From NCBI GenBank assembly GCA_050115675.1, contig JASFQB010000006.1, positions 34,211 through 98,210 on the forward strand: a stretch of DNA of 64,000 nucleotides. The letters are read 5' to 3'. Below the pieces are notes generated by a model, which had not been told where the DNA came from, did not search any database, and was given only the letters and a program-made list of their open reading frames with translations. Numbering within the stretch: position 1 is the stretch's first letter; every line of letters starts with the position of its first letter. The translations under genes were made by a program, and so were the position numbers. The DNA comes from Candidatus Woesebacteria bacterium. GTDB lineage: Bacteria; Patescibacteriota; Saccharimonadia; Saccharimonadales; EFPC-124. Below are positions 56,205 to 64,000 of the stretch, piece by piece.

Positions 56205-56304
56205 ATTTGGTACCTGGGGAGCAATCTGCACTACAAGCGCGGTCACTCCCCCGTTTATCCCACTGTCGTACATTATGCGACAGACCAGGAGAACGGAGGT
56301 CTCC

Positions 56305-56643
56305 ATGCCACACATGGAATTAGCTATCGCCAACACCACCAGGGACGATGCGCCGCCACAAGACCGAGCGCAAGAATTACCTCACAACGAGAATGACATC
56401 ATCATAACGCTTATTGCACATGGCTTAGACGCATATCTAGACGACATAACCAAACAAGAGGGATATTTTTCTGGCCACCCAGCCAAGTTTAGATACAGTG
56501 TAGAACAAGACCATGGAGTCTGGGTGTCAAGAATCGATGTCATCTACCCCAGGAACAACGATAAACATGGTCATCTAGTTATAAAAGATGGTCAATTTCA
56601 CTACTGGAGGCTGCCTGGTGGCACTGTAGTTATCAATAACTAG
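56305..56643 (+). CDS. Hypothetical small protein (orphan module)
   Basis: RBS GGAGG 5 nt before ATG 56305; 112 aa; ~95-nt leader with several short hairpins. Confidence 0.55.
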   Translation: MPHMELAIANTTRDDAPPQDRAQELPHNENDIIITLIAHGLDAYLDDITKQEGYFSGHPAKFRYSVEQDHGVWVSRIDVIYPRNNDKHGHLVIKDGQFHYWRLPGGTVVINN

Positions 56644-56711
56644 GCAGCTGCAGCCGTAGTGCACCTTTGGACTTGCAACCAAGGACCAAGGGTGCACTAC
56701 ACAAAAAACAA

Positions 56712-56731
56712 CCCCGCTTTATATAGCGGGG
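56712..56731. terminator. Bidirectional terminator (A-run, ccccgct/agcgggg stem, T-run) serving greA and ORF 56305-56643
   Basis: acaaaaaacaa ccccgct ttatat agcgggg cgtctttttt. Confidence 0.7.
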
Positions 56732-56755
56732 CGTCTTTTTTGTGTATTTTTATGT

Positions 56756-57211
56756 CTATTTTATTTCTTCAACAGTATAAACTACTTCACCACCCGGTGT
56801 TTTTATAGACACTTCCTCGCCCATTTTTTTACCAAGCAAGGCCTGTCCAATTGGAGATTCGTCCGAAATCTTTCCCTCAAGAGGGTCGGCTTCGACAGAT
56901 CCAACAATAGTATATTCTACAGTTTTTTTGCCATTATTAAGGACAACCGTACTGCCAACAGCGACGTTACTTTTGCTTTTAGTTTTGATAATACTGGCGT
57001 TTAGCAAGATGTCTTCAATTTCTGATATGCGAGTTTCAACCTGAGCCTGCTCATCACGCGCAGCATCCCACTCGGCATTTTCTGAAAGGTCGCCAAAATC
57101 ACGAGCTTCGGCGATTTTTTGAGCAATTTCGCCACGGCGGGATTTTAGGTCTTCAAGCTCTTGCTCTAATTCCTGCTTGCCGGATTCTGTAATCTGGTAT
57201 GCCTTTTTCAT
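56756..57211 (-). CDS. greA: Transcription elongation factor GreA
   Basis: ITESGKQELEQELEDLK coiled coil and the C-terminal SPIGQALLGKKMGEEV motif. Confidence 0.9.
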   Translation of the reverse strand: MKKAYQITESGKQELEQELEDLKSRRGEIAQKIAEARDFGDLSENAEWDAARDEQAQVETRISEIEDILLNASIIKTKSKSNVAVGSTVVLNNGKKTVEYTIVGSVEADPLEGKISDESPIGQALLGKKMGEEVSIKTPGGEVVYTVEEIK

Positions 57212-57309
57212 GATTATTTTTCTCTCTTTCAAAGTTTAATATTACAATAAAATTTTTTCGAGCTTAGTCGCAATAGTATCGTTGCTCGTCCGAATAGTAT
57301 AGCACAGAA

Positions 57310-59019
57310 CTATACTATCTTTGCAAGTAGTTCTTGATCAGAAAGTAATGATACTTCTTTAGAATCTCGTGCTTTGTATTCAAGCTTGCCTTCTGCAAGA
57401 GTTTTTTCGCTAACTACAACACGACTAGGCAAGCCAATTAGGTCTGCGTCGGCAAATTTTTCACCAGGACGTACATCTCGATCATCATACAAAACAGCTA
57501 CACCTTTTGACTGAAGCTCCTGATAAAGCTGTTCTGTCTTTTGCACCACCTGAGCATTATCACCCAACCGAGCTAAATAAACCTGATATGGCGCAATTGC
57601 TTTTGGCCACACAATGCCGCGATCGTCGTGGCTAGCCTCAACAATAGCCGCCAAAGTTCGCCCAATGCCAATGCCATAACAGCCCATGTAGTATTTTTGC
57701 CGCTTGCCAGATTCGTCTGTAAATTCGGCATCTTGCATCAAATTTGTGTAGTGCCAGCCAAGCTGAAAAATATTACCAACCTCTATGCCACGTTTTTCTA
57801 TTAATTTGCCGCCATTGGGGCCAATTAACCCAGCAGCAGTCATTGCGATATCGCCTTCGACATCTGGTTTATAATCGCGGTCAATATTTACATTTAGCAA
57901 GTCTTTGTGTTTTTTGTTTGCGCCCCCGTAAGAGTTGCAAATTGTACGCAGTGAATTATCGGCAACGATAATTACTTTTTTGCCGCTTTTGCTTTGTTTT
58001 ACAAAGTTTACAGGAGATATAAATCCTGGCTCACTGCTAAGCTCCTCTCGCACTTCATCGTTAGTTGCCATTCGCAGCTCCCATGCATCTGCAAGATGCA
58101 TTAGTTTTATTTCGTTAACGTCCAAATCGCCACGAATCACTGCCAAAATATAACGATCAGTCGCCTCATCGTAATAAAGAACATCTTTTATCTGTTGCCA
58201 CAGTGGCAAATTGTGCAAATCAACACCATCTTGCATAGAGCCATTTCTCACAGCCTCTACCTCGGTCATTTCGACAGCCTCTTGGCCAAGGTTTTTATTT
58301 TCTATTTTAAAGATCGCTACGTCTTCGTGCGCAGCATAGTCGCTACCCTCCTCAATGAAGTAGCGGCTTTCGCCAGCTTCTGCCTGGGCAACAAACTCGT
58401 GGCAATACTCACCACCAATATAACCATTATCTGCCGCGACCACATCTGTTTTTAGCCCAAGCTCATCAAATATCGCTTTGTAAGCGTCCCACATTTTTTG
58501 GTAAATTTCTTTAAACTGAGCCTCTGTACTAAAGCTGTAAGCGTCTTTCATTACAAATTCGCGAACACGCAAAAGTCCACCGCGAGCGCGCATTTCGTCG
58601 CGAAACTTCATAGAAAACTGGTAGATATTAAACGGTAAATCTTTGTAGCTTATGTTAAATTTACGAACCAGATCAACAGCCATTTCTTCAGCAGTTCCAC
58701 CCAGCGCAAACTCTGCCCCGCGTCTATCTTTGACTTTCATCAGCTCAAAGCTAACAGTGGTGGTTCGATTTGTTTCTTCCCATAACTCAAGAGGGTGCAA
58801 AACTGGCATAAGTACTTCTTGGGCACCTGCCGCATCCATGTGTTTTTTTACAATACGCGCAATATTTTCGTGCACTTTTTGCCCAAGAGGCAACATAAAA
58901 TAACGCCCAGCGGTTGATTCGCGTATAAATCCGGCCTGGGTTAGTAGCCTGTGTGAATCAATTTTATAATCCACACCTTCATTCTTGCTTGTTTTGCCAA
59001 AGGCTTTAGACATTCTCAT
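57310..59019 (-). CDS. proS: Proline-tRNA ligase (bacterial type with INS editing domain)
   Basis: Class II motifs (FRDE, GCYGIGIGR), 569 aa. Confidence 0.95.
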   Translation of the reverse strand: MRMSKAFGKTSKNEGVDYKIDSHRLLTQAGFIRESTAGRYFMLPLGQKVHENIARIVKKHMDAAGAQEVLMPVLHPLELWEETNRTTTVSFELMKVKDRRGAEFALGGTAEEMAVDLVRKFNISYKDLPFNIYQFSMKFRDEMRARGGLLRVREFVMKDAYSFSTEAQFKEIYQKMWDAYKAIFDELGLKTDVVAADNGYIGGEYCHEFVAQAEAGESRYFIEEGSDYAAHEDVAIFKIENKNLGQEAVEMTEVEAVRNGSMQDGVDLHNLPLWQQIKDVLYYDEATDRYILAVIRGDLDVNEIKLMHLADAWELRMATNDEVREELSSEPGFISPVNFVKQSKSGKKVIIVADNSLRTICNSYGGANKKHKDLLNVNIDRDYKPDVEGDIAMTAAGLIGPNGGKLIEKRGIEVGNIFQLGWHYTNLMQDAEFTDESGKRQKYYMGCYGIGIGRTLAAIVEASHDDRGIVWPKAIAPYQVYLARLGDNAQVVQKTEQLYQELQSKGVAVLYDDRDVRPGEKFADADLIGLPSRVVVSEKTLAEGKLEYKARDSKEVSLLSDQELLAKIV

Positions 59020-59135
59020 TTTTTAGTTCCTTGTTATTAACAGATTAAAAATAGGTTCAAAAAATACTCGGCCGCAGGGCCGGGAGCACTAAAACTGTAA
59101 TTTTGGCTAAAAAACGCAAGTTCATAATATTTTGC

Positions 59136-59858
59136 CTAATTGACACCTATTATAAACAAATATACAAAAGCTACAAAGTTTTTTATCATATGTAAAAATA
59201 TTGGAGACCACAAACTTTGAGTCTTCTCGCGCAAATAGCACAAAAACATGCTTAGCACAAAAACATCTATACACACAACAACCGGGGCGTGCGCGAGCGC
59301 AAAAACCAGGCTCACCAGCATGCTTGCTAACCAAAACCCAAATCTTGCTCGGTAAGGCCGAAACAAAAAACCCCTAAAAACAATTTCTTCAACAAAAGGA
59401 GGAATAATCACCAGCGCAACAAATACTAACACAAGCTCGCCAATGTTTTGCGTAGCCACAAAACCAATCTCTTGTTCGGCATTAATATCAATTCCTGTAA
59501 AAATAGTGCTTAGTACCACAAGTGTAATATTTGCTAAAATCATATATACCAAAAATGACAAAAGTGCATACCAAAAATAGCTTGACTTAATCTTTTTTGT
59601 AAAACCTATACTATTCCAGCCAAAACCATAGGCCTTAATAACTACATATATTATCCCAAGAACAACCAGTTCAACGATTGCCTGCAGAACAAATAGTTTT
59701 GCATTGTTACTAATGCTTAAATTTGCAATTAACGGCAAAATCGGCTGCGCAATCAACTGTGGCCCCAAAAAAGCAACTACCGCCCAGAATGACCCGCTAA
59801 AAACTCCCCAACCCTTTGGCTGGACTCTGGGCTTTTTATCCAATGATACGTCCGACAT
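59136..59858 (-). CDS. CPBP family intramembrane glutamic endopeptidase (CAAX protease-like)
   Basis: EEIVFRGFLF and FALAH motifs; multi-TM. Confidence 0.8.
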   Translation of the reverse strand: MSDVSLDKKPRVQPKGWGVFSGSFWAVVAFLGPQLIAQPILPLIANLSISNNAKLFVLQAIVELVVLGIIYVVIKAYGFGWNSIGFTKKIKSSYFWYALLSFLVYMILANITLVVLSTIFTGIDINAEQEIGFVATQNIGELVLVFVALVIIPPFVEEIVFRGFLFRPYRARFGFWLASMLVSLVFALAHAPVVVCIDVFVLSMFLCYLREKTQSLWSPIFLHMIKNFVAFVYLFIIGVN

Positions 59859-60927
59859 CTACAATTGTTATTAAAACTATTAAGCCCATTAAGGTCATAA
59901 AGCCAGCAGCCTGAATGCTCTCTTCGCGCTCTTTAGTAAGTGGTTTTTTAAGAGCCCTAAAAATCAAGGTCACAAATAACCTACCACCATCTAACGCTGG
60001 AATCGGTAAAATGTTCATCACCGCCAAGGTTAATGAGATGATACCTATCAAAAATAGCACCGGCACAAAACCCGCTTCGCTGCTTTGCTGCAAAATACTA
60101 AATATTCCAACTGGCCCAGCAACATTTTGACCAGCACCCGCAAAATCAGCCTTAAATAATTGCGCAATGGTTTTAGCTAAGCCGTCTAAAGTCACCCACG
60201 TAAACTGCGCCGTTACACCAACACCGACAATAGGCGCCGACCATGTAGAGCGACGGGATATATCTTCTGCAGGCCCAATCCCAGAGTAGCCCTGCCCATC
60301 AATGCGCTCGCTATTTAGCGTAATTTGCAAATTTTGTGTTTGACTATTAGTAGACACTAAAATTGGCACAGTTTTGCCCGCAAAGCTTTGAGTTAGCTCA
60401 CTAAGACTTTGCGCATTCTCAATCGTATGGCCGTTTAAGCTTAAAAGTATATCGCCTGTTCTAATGCCCGCCTTTTCTGCGGGAGAATCTTTAACCACCG
60501 CACCAGCAATTACATCATTCTTTGCATATATGGTGTCGTTTGGCACTGTAAACTGGTCTTCAACCACTTGAGGCATTCCCACAAAAGCCAAAATTGTAAA
60601 TATTAATGCTGCAACCAGCCAGTTTACTGCTACCCCCGCCAAAAGGATTTTCGTTTTTGACCATAAGCTTGCGGCGCCATAGCTGCCTTTTTCTATTGCA
60701 GCATCGTGCTCGCCCTTTAATCTAACAAAACCACCCAATGGCAACCAGTTAATACTAATAATTGTGCCTTTTTTGGTTTTTTTGCTCCATGCCTTAGGAG
60801 GAAACCCTATACCAAATTCTTCAAGCTCCACACCGTTGCGTCGCGCAACTATTGCATGGCCTAGCTCGTGCAAAACCACAAGCCCAACAAACATAATAAT
60901 ACCGATGATAAAAATTAGCGTTCCCAT
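59836..60927 (-). CDS. rseP: RIP metalloprotease RseP/RasP (site-2 protease, M50, PDZ)
   Basis: HELGHAIVA (HExxH), PDZ-like region, ILPIPALDGG. Start set at MGTL (60927) because the upstream ATG overlaps the -10 box. Confidence 0.85.
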   Translation of the reverse strand: MGTLIFIIGIIMFVGLVVLHELGHAIVARRNGVELEEFGIGFPPKAWSKKTKKGTIISINWLPLGGFVRLKGEHDAAIEKGSYGAASLWSKTKILLAGVAVNWLVAALIFTILAFVGMPQVVEDQFTVPNDTIYAKNDVIAGAVVKDSPAEKAGIRTGDILLSLNGHTIENAQSLSELTQSFAGKTVPILVSTNSQTQNLQITLNSERIDGQGYSGIGPAEDISRRSTWSAPIVGVGVTAQFTWVTLDGLAKTIAQLFKADFAGAGQNVAGPVGIFSILQQSSEAGFVPVLFLIGIISLTLAVMNILPIPALDGGRLFVTLIFRALKKPLTKEREESIQAAGFMTLMGLIVLITIVDVGRIIG

Positions 60928-60934
60928 TAAAGCC

Positions 60935-60940
60935 ATTATA
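60935..60940 (-). promoter_or_regulatory. -10 box TATAAT, 7 nt upstream of rseP ATG 60927 (leaderless architecture)
   Basis: Minus strand cggTATAAT ggcttta ATG. Confidence 0.5.
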
Positions 60941-60994
60941 CCGATTTATGCCCGAGCGCCAAATATTGAAGCTCGGGTACTGCCAATAAAAAAA

Positions 60995-61327
60995 TTATTG
61001 ATCTGCAAGCTTAATTGCCAAACGACCACGAGTACGGAAAAAATGCTCCGAACGGAAGAGTCTACGCTGCCCCTCGGCGGTTTCGATAATTGCACCAGGT
61101 TCACTCACTGAGCTTCGTCCACCCAACAGCATGCGCTCTGTTGCATTAAGGCGACGCAAAATACCTTCTACAACCGTAGGCCTTCTGCCGCCCTCGCCAT
61201 CTACAGTACACGTCAGGATAACCGCTTTATCATACATGCCACTAAGCCGTGCGATTTCGCGCGGAGTAGACGTGTTGGGCACTTTGTCTCCATTCGTCAG
61301 CCACAAAGGCAAATCGGTGCTTACCAA
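60995..61327 (-). CDS. Hypothetical small protein (orphan)
   Basis: 110-aa ORF between frr and rseP; downstream hairpin cccgagc/gctcggg. Confidence 0.45.
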   Translation of the reverse strand: MVSTDLPLWLTNGDKVPNTSTPREIARLSGMYDKAVILTCTVDGEGGRRPTVVEGILRRLNATERMLLGGRSSVSEPGAIIETAEGQRRLFRSEHFFRTRGRLAIKLADQ

Positions 61328-61349
61328 GCAATTATATCAAAAACAACGG

Positions 61350-61904
61350 CTAAACAGTCATAATTTCGGATTCTTTAGCCTTTGCAGAAGCCTCTAGCTT
61401 TGTTTGAAATTCCGAAACAAAGCCATCTAGTTGTTTTTCGACTCTTTTTACATCGTCTTCTGTAAGCTCTTTTGAATCCTTTTTTAACTTGGCATCTTTT
61501 AACGCATCATGCCTGATGTTGCGCAAAGCGATACGACACTCTTCTACCTTTTCGCCAAGCTGTTTTGCAATTTGACGGCGACGCTCCTCTGTTAGGGTTG
61601 GGATTGGCACTCGCACCACTCGCCCATCGTCACTTGGATTTAAACCTAAAGTTTGATCCTCGCGAATAGCGCTAGCAATAGCACCAATATTGCTTGGGTC
61701 AAAAGGAGTTATTTGCAAAAGTTGCGCTTCGGCCGCAATTACCGTAGCAACTTGATTTAATGGCATTTTAGCACCATACGCACTAACCATTACGCCTTCG
61801 AGCATTGCCGGATGTGCGCGACCGGTTCGTATTTTTTTTAGCTCGTCTTCAAAATGAACAAAAGCCTGCTGCATTTTTGTTTTGTATGAGTTTATATCGT
61901 ACAT
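61350..61904 (-). CDS. frr: Ribosome recycling factor
   Basis: IRTGRAHPAMLEGV, PIPTLTEERR; RBS AGGAG. Confidence 0.95.
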   Translation of the reverse strand: MYDINSYKTKMQQAFVHFEDELKKIRTGRAHPAMLEGVMVSAYGAKMPLNQVATVIAAEAQLLQITPFDPSNIGAIASAIREDQTLGLNPSDDGRVVRVPIPTLTEERRRQIAKQLGEKVEECRIALRNIRHDALKDAKLKKDSKELTEDDVKRVEKQLDGFVSEFQTKLEASAKAKESEIMTV

Positions 61905-61980
61905 TTTTTCTCCTGTACTTTTATAATATCAAAAAATATTCTATAGTTATACTACACCGTTCTTGTATTTGGAGGTAATT

Positions 61981-62601
61981 ATGCGCATTAGCTGTACAGC
62001 TTTTGCTCGCGTCGTTAACCAAGATTGCTACGCTTTGTTACGCAATTCTAGCATGCTGCGAAAAGAAGGTAAGCTAAGACTTGGCCCTGTTGGCGGAGCA
62101 CTACACTGTAATAGCGATCGTCGCCAAAAGCTTATCGATCAGTTTAGCGCACACAGCTTTGAGGGAGAACGCGACCTGAGGTTTCAGATACCTGACAATT
62201 ACGCACCGCACGTAGTCGAATGGTTTGCCAGTCGTGCTGATCGCGAGATGTCCGTTTTGCGAGAGTTTTACGAAGAACTTGTCGAAGAAGAACATATCTT
62301 GTCTGACGAACAAGTATCTTCTGCAAACGAAACATTTTTAGGCTTTGCAAGTATGCGTGGAGCGCCAAAGCCTCGCTACGGCATGGTGGCGACTTTGCGC
62401 CTGTTTGAAGTATACGACGTCACCATCTCTGCAGATGCCATGCAAAAGCTTTTATGTCACGCCAGGCACAAAGACAGAGTCTATTTTGCAACTCAAGCAG
62501 AAATTCGCAACCAGCAGGATCTCGGCGGAGGATATTCTGTCGCAGAAATCGCTCCAGCGCTTGTAGATTTTAGCAACAAGCTAGTCATTCCAAATATTTA
62601 G
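61981..62601 (+). CDS. Hypothetical protein, paralog 1 of a tandem pair (possible divergent Nudix-fold)
   Basis: RBS GGAGG 6 nt before ATG 61981; PVGGAL and REFYEELVEEE separated by ~40 aa; roughly 40 percent identical by eye to the next gene. Confidence 0.65.
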   Translation: MRISCTAFARVVNQDCYALLRNSSMLRKEGKLRLGPVGGALHCNSDRRQKLIDQFSAHSFEGERDLRFQIPDNYAPHVVEWFASRADREMSVLREFYEELVEEEHILSDEQVSSANETFLGFASMRGAPKPRYGMVATLRLFEVYDVTISADAMQKLLCHARHKDRVYFATQAEIRNQQDLGGGYSVAEIAPALVDFSNKLVIPNI

Positions 62602-62608
62602 AGCAAGT

Positions 62609-62635
62609 TTGCCTACCCGTTTTAAGAGTAGGCAA
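62609..62635 (+). terminator. Terminator of paralog 1
   Basis: ttgcctac ... gtaggcaa then ttttg. Confidence 0.6.
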
Positions 62636-62637
62636 TT

Positions 62638-62665
62638 TTGATAATTGACATAAATAATATATAAT
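62638..62665 (+). promoter_or_regulatory. Promoter TTGATA-N16-TATAAT for paralog 2
   Basis: TTGATA 62638-62643, TATAAT 62660-62665. Confidence 0.55.
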
Positions 62666-62704
62666 CAGCTGCAGGTTATTTTTTCCTACATAAGGTGGCT
62701 TGTT

Positions 62705-63337
62705 ATGCGCATTGGCTGTTCGGCATTTGCCCGAATTGCAGACAATAGCACCGATAGTCCTCTCTACGCTCTTACAATCAATCGAGGCAAAGAGCTTAAA
62801 GGCCGGCTGCGGCTCTCGCCACCTGGTGGAGCATTGCAGGCGCACCCAGATGCACGACAATGGCTAGCTGATGAGTTTGGCGCACATAGCTTCGAAAAAG
62901 ACAACGACCTAAGACTTCAAGTTCCTGATCATCAAGTAAGCAATTTTGCAAACTGGTTCAGCAAACAAGAAAGTCGCGAATCAACAGTTTTGGGTGAAAT
63001 GTACGAAGAATTTGTAGAAGAAGAAGGCTTTTGGGACGAATCTGACTTTACGCGCGTCGAAGAAGAGTTTATTGGCTTTTATTGTCTGCGTGTGAAGCCT
63101 AAAAAACGCAACGGATTCCAACCAAAAATACGTTTTATCGAGGTTTACAATTTGTACGTTCCGCCAATGCTCATGCGCAAGCTTCGCGAAGCCGCTGCTG
63201 TTGCAGATGGCAAGCGCCTGTTTTTTGTGAGCAGCAGCGACATTAACTGCAGAGAGAAGACTCAATCCAGGCCTAAAATTACCAGAACAGCTGGATGCCT
63301 ACTGCACCCTAGGCCGCAAATTGTGATACCTTCATAG
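62705..63337 (+). CDS. Hypothetical protein, paralog 2 of the tandem pair
   Basis: RBS AAGGTGG before ATG 62705; MRIGCSAFAR, PPGGAL, GEMYEEFVEEEG colinear with paralog 1. Confidence 0.65.
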   Translation: MRIGCSAFARIADNSTDSPLYALTINRGKELKGRLRLSPPGGALQAHPDARQWLADEFGAHSFEKDNDLRLQVPDHQVSNFANWFSKQESRESTVLGEMYEEFVEEEGFWDESDFTRVEEEFIGFYCLRVKPKKRNGFQPKIRFIEVYNLYVPPMLMRKLREAAAVADGKRLFFVSSSDINCREKTQSRPKITRTAGCLLHPRPQIVIPS

Positions 63338-63343
63338 GCGTTT

Positions 63344-63368
63344 GTCACCCGCGCATTTTGCGGGTGAC
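63344..63368 (+). terminator. Terminator of paralog 2 (9-bp stem plus T-rich tail)
   Basis: gtcacccgc gcatttt gcgggtgac attttaattt. Confidence 0.7.
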
Positions 63369-63397
63369 ATTTTAATTTGTACAACTTTTTTGCTCAA

Positions 63398-63434
63398 ATT
63401 CAAAACACCTTGCAAAAAACAAGGTGTTTTGAAT
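63398..63434 (-). terminator. tsf terminator (about 14-bp stem)
   Basis: attcaaaacaccttg caaaaaa caaggtgttttgaat; 18 nt downstream of the tsf stop. Confidence 0.65.
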
Positions 63435-63451
63435 AAAAATCGTTTTGCTAC

Positions 63452-64000
63452 TTAAACAGAAACGCCAAGCTCAATACGACTCATCTGGCGAATAACAATG
63501 TTTTCGCCAAGTTTGGCAATGCTCTCTTTAACCAGCTGACCAACTGTTTGGTCTGGGTTTTTGATAAAAGGCTGGTTAAGAAGGCATTTTTCGGCAAAAT
63601 ATTTTTTGGCCATACCTTCAACAATTTTAGTAGCAATGTTTTCTGGCTTGCCTTCTGCTTTTACTTTTTCGGTAAATTCGGCTTCTTTTGCAGCACGAAT
63701 CTCAGCAGGAACGTCCTCTACACTTATATATTCTGGAGCAGATGCAGCAATATGCATAGCCACATCATGAACCAAAGATTTAAAGTCGTCTGTGCGAGCC
63801 ACAAAGTCAGTTTCGCAGTTGACCTCTACAATTACGCCAATTCGTTCGCCATGAACATACGTATCTACAATGCCTTGGCGTGCCTCTCGCTCGCCTTTTT
63901 TCTCGGCGCGGGTTAGGCCTTTTTTACGCATAGCTTCTAGGGCTTTGTCAAAATCACCTTCGGCCTCTACCAAAGCAGTTTTGGCGTCAGTTAAACCAAC
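63452..64000 (-). CDS. tsf: Elongation factor Ts (5' end beyond the window)
   Basis: GVIVEVNCETDFVARTDDF and the dimerisation/C-terminal module; the ORF is open to the window edge. Confidence 0.9.
   Translation of the reverse strand, partial: VGLTDAKTALVEAEGDFDKALEAMRKKGLTRAEKKGEREARQGIVDTYVHGERIGVIVEVNCETDFVARTDDFKSLVHDVAMHIAASAPEYISVEDVPAEIRAAKEAEFTEKVKAEGKPENIATKIVEGMAKKYFAEKCLLNQPFIKNPDQTVGQLVKESIAKLGENIVIRQMSRIELGVSV

Noticed and set aside
1-64000. Search by eye for tRNA, rRNA, tmRNA, RNase P, SRP RNA, CRISPR repeats, transposases, integrases and reverse transcriptases
   Set aside because: I found no T-loop GGTTCGAATC-type motifs in intergenic DNA, no RNase P GAGGAAAGTCC, no SRP GGAAGCAGC, no regularly spaced repeats, and no DDE, tyrosine-recombinase or YADD signatures in the ORF track. 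tRNAscan-SE or cmscan should confirm this.

Overview
This 64-kb window is gene-dense chromosomal DNA from a small-genome bacterium. The gene content suggests a CPR/Patescibacteria (Saccharibacteria-like) lineage, but that is inference and no tool was run. The standard genetic code applies: TGA is a stop (for example mraY) and an intact RF2 gene is present.

About 70 CDS are called, by eye from catalytic or family motifs in the supplied translations. Most lie on the minus strand.

Core content:
- A trimmed dcw cluster: mraZ-rsmH-ftsL-ftsI-mraY-ftsW-murG-ftsQ.
- galU plus a GH1 glycosidase.
- Four aminoacyl-tRNA synthetases: glyQS, serS, lysS, proS.
- recO, xseAB and rpmA.
- A prfB-ftsE-ftsX-PcsB-like CHAP hydrolase-ctp operon.
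- murD plus an M16 peptidase, and hpf-secA.
- greA, rseP, frr and a partial tsf.

I recognised no rRNA, tRNA, CRISPR array, transposase or integrase.

Between the housekeeping operons sit many small self-contained orphan modules (promoter, RBS, ORF, terminator). They are often on the opposite strand and differ visibly in GC from their surroundings.

Most notable observations:
1. A full-length heliorhodopsin with all key residues (52995-53759), embedded among Nudix, P-loop kinase and GT2 genes.
2. A tandem pair of diverged paralogs with a split, degenerate Nudix-like signature. They occupy the slot where pyrH normally sits between tsf and frr (61981-63337).
3. A higher-GC two-gene islet encoding a Cys-rich acidic/basic protein and a helical-repeat protein (24123-25723).
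4. A DUF4868/KwaB-like orphan next to radC (19798-22440).
5. A three-module small-gene island whose terminators share a conserved 14-nt tail (46978-48108).
6. A textbook array of GTGGGTA MraZ boxes with 10-bp phasing upstream of mraZ.
7. An 825-bp ORF-free AT-rich convergent spacer in place of ftsA-ftsZ.
8. A recurrent TATAAT-N6-9-ATG architecture implying widespread leaderless mRNAs.

All family assignments need HMM or BLAST confirmation.
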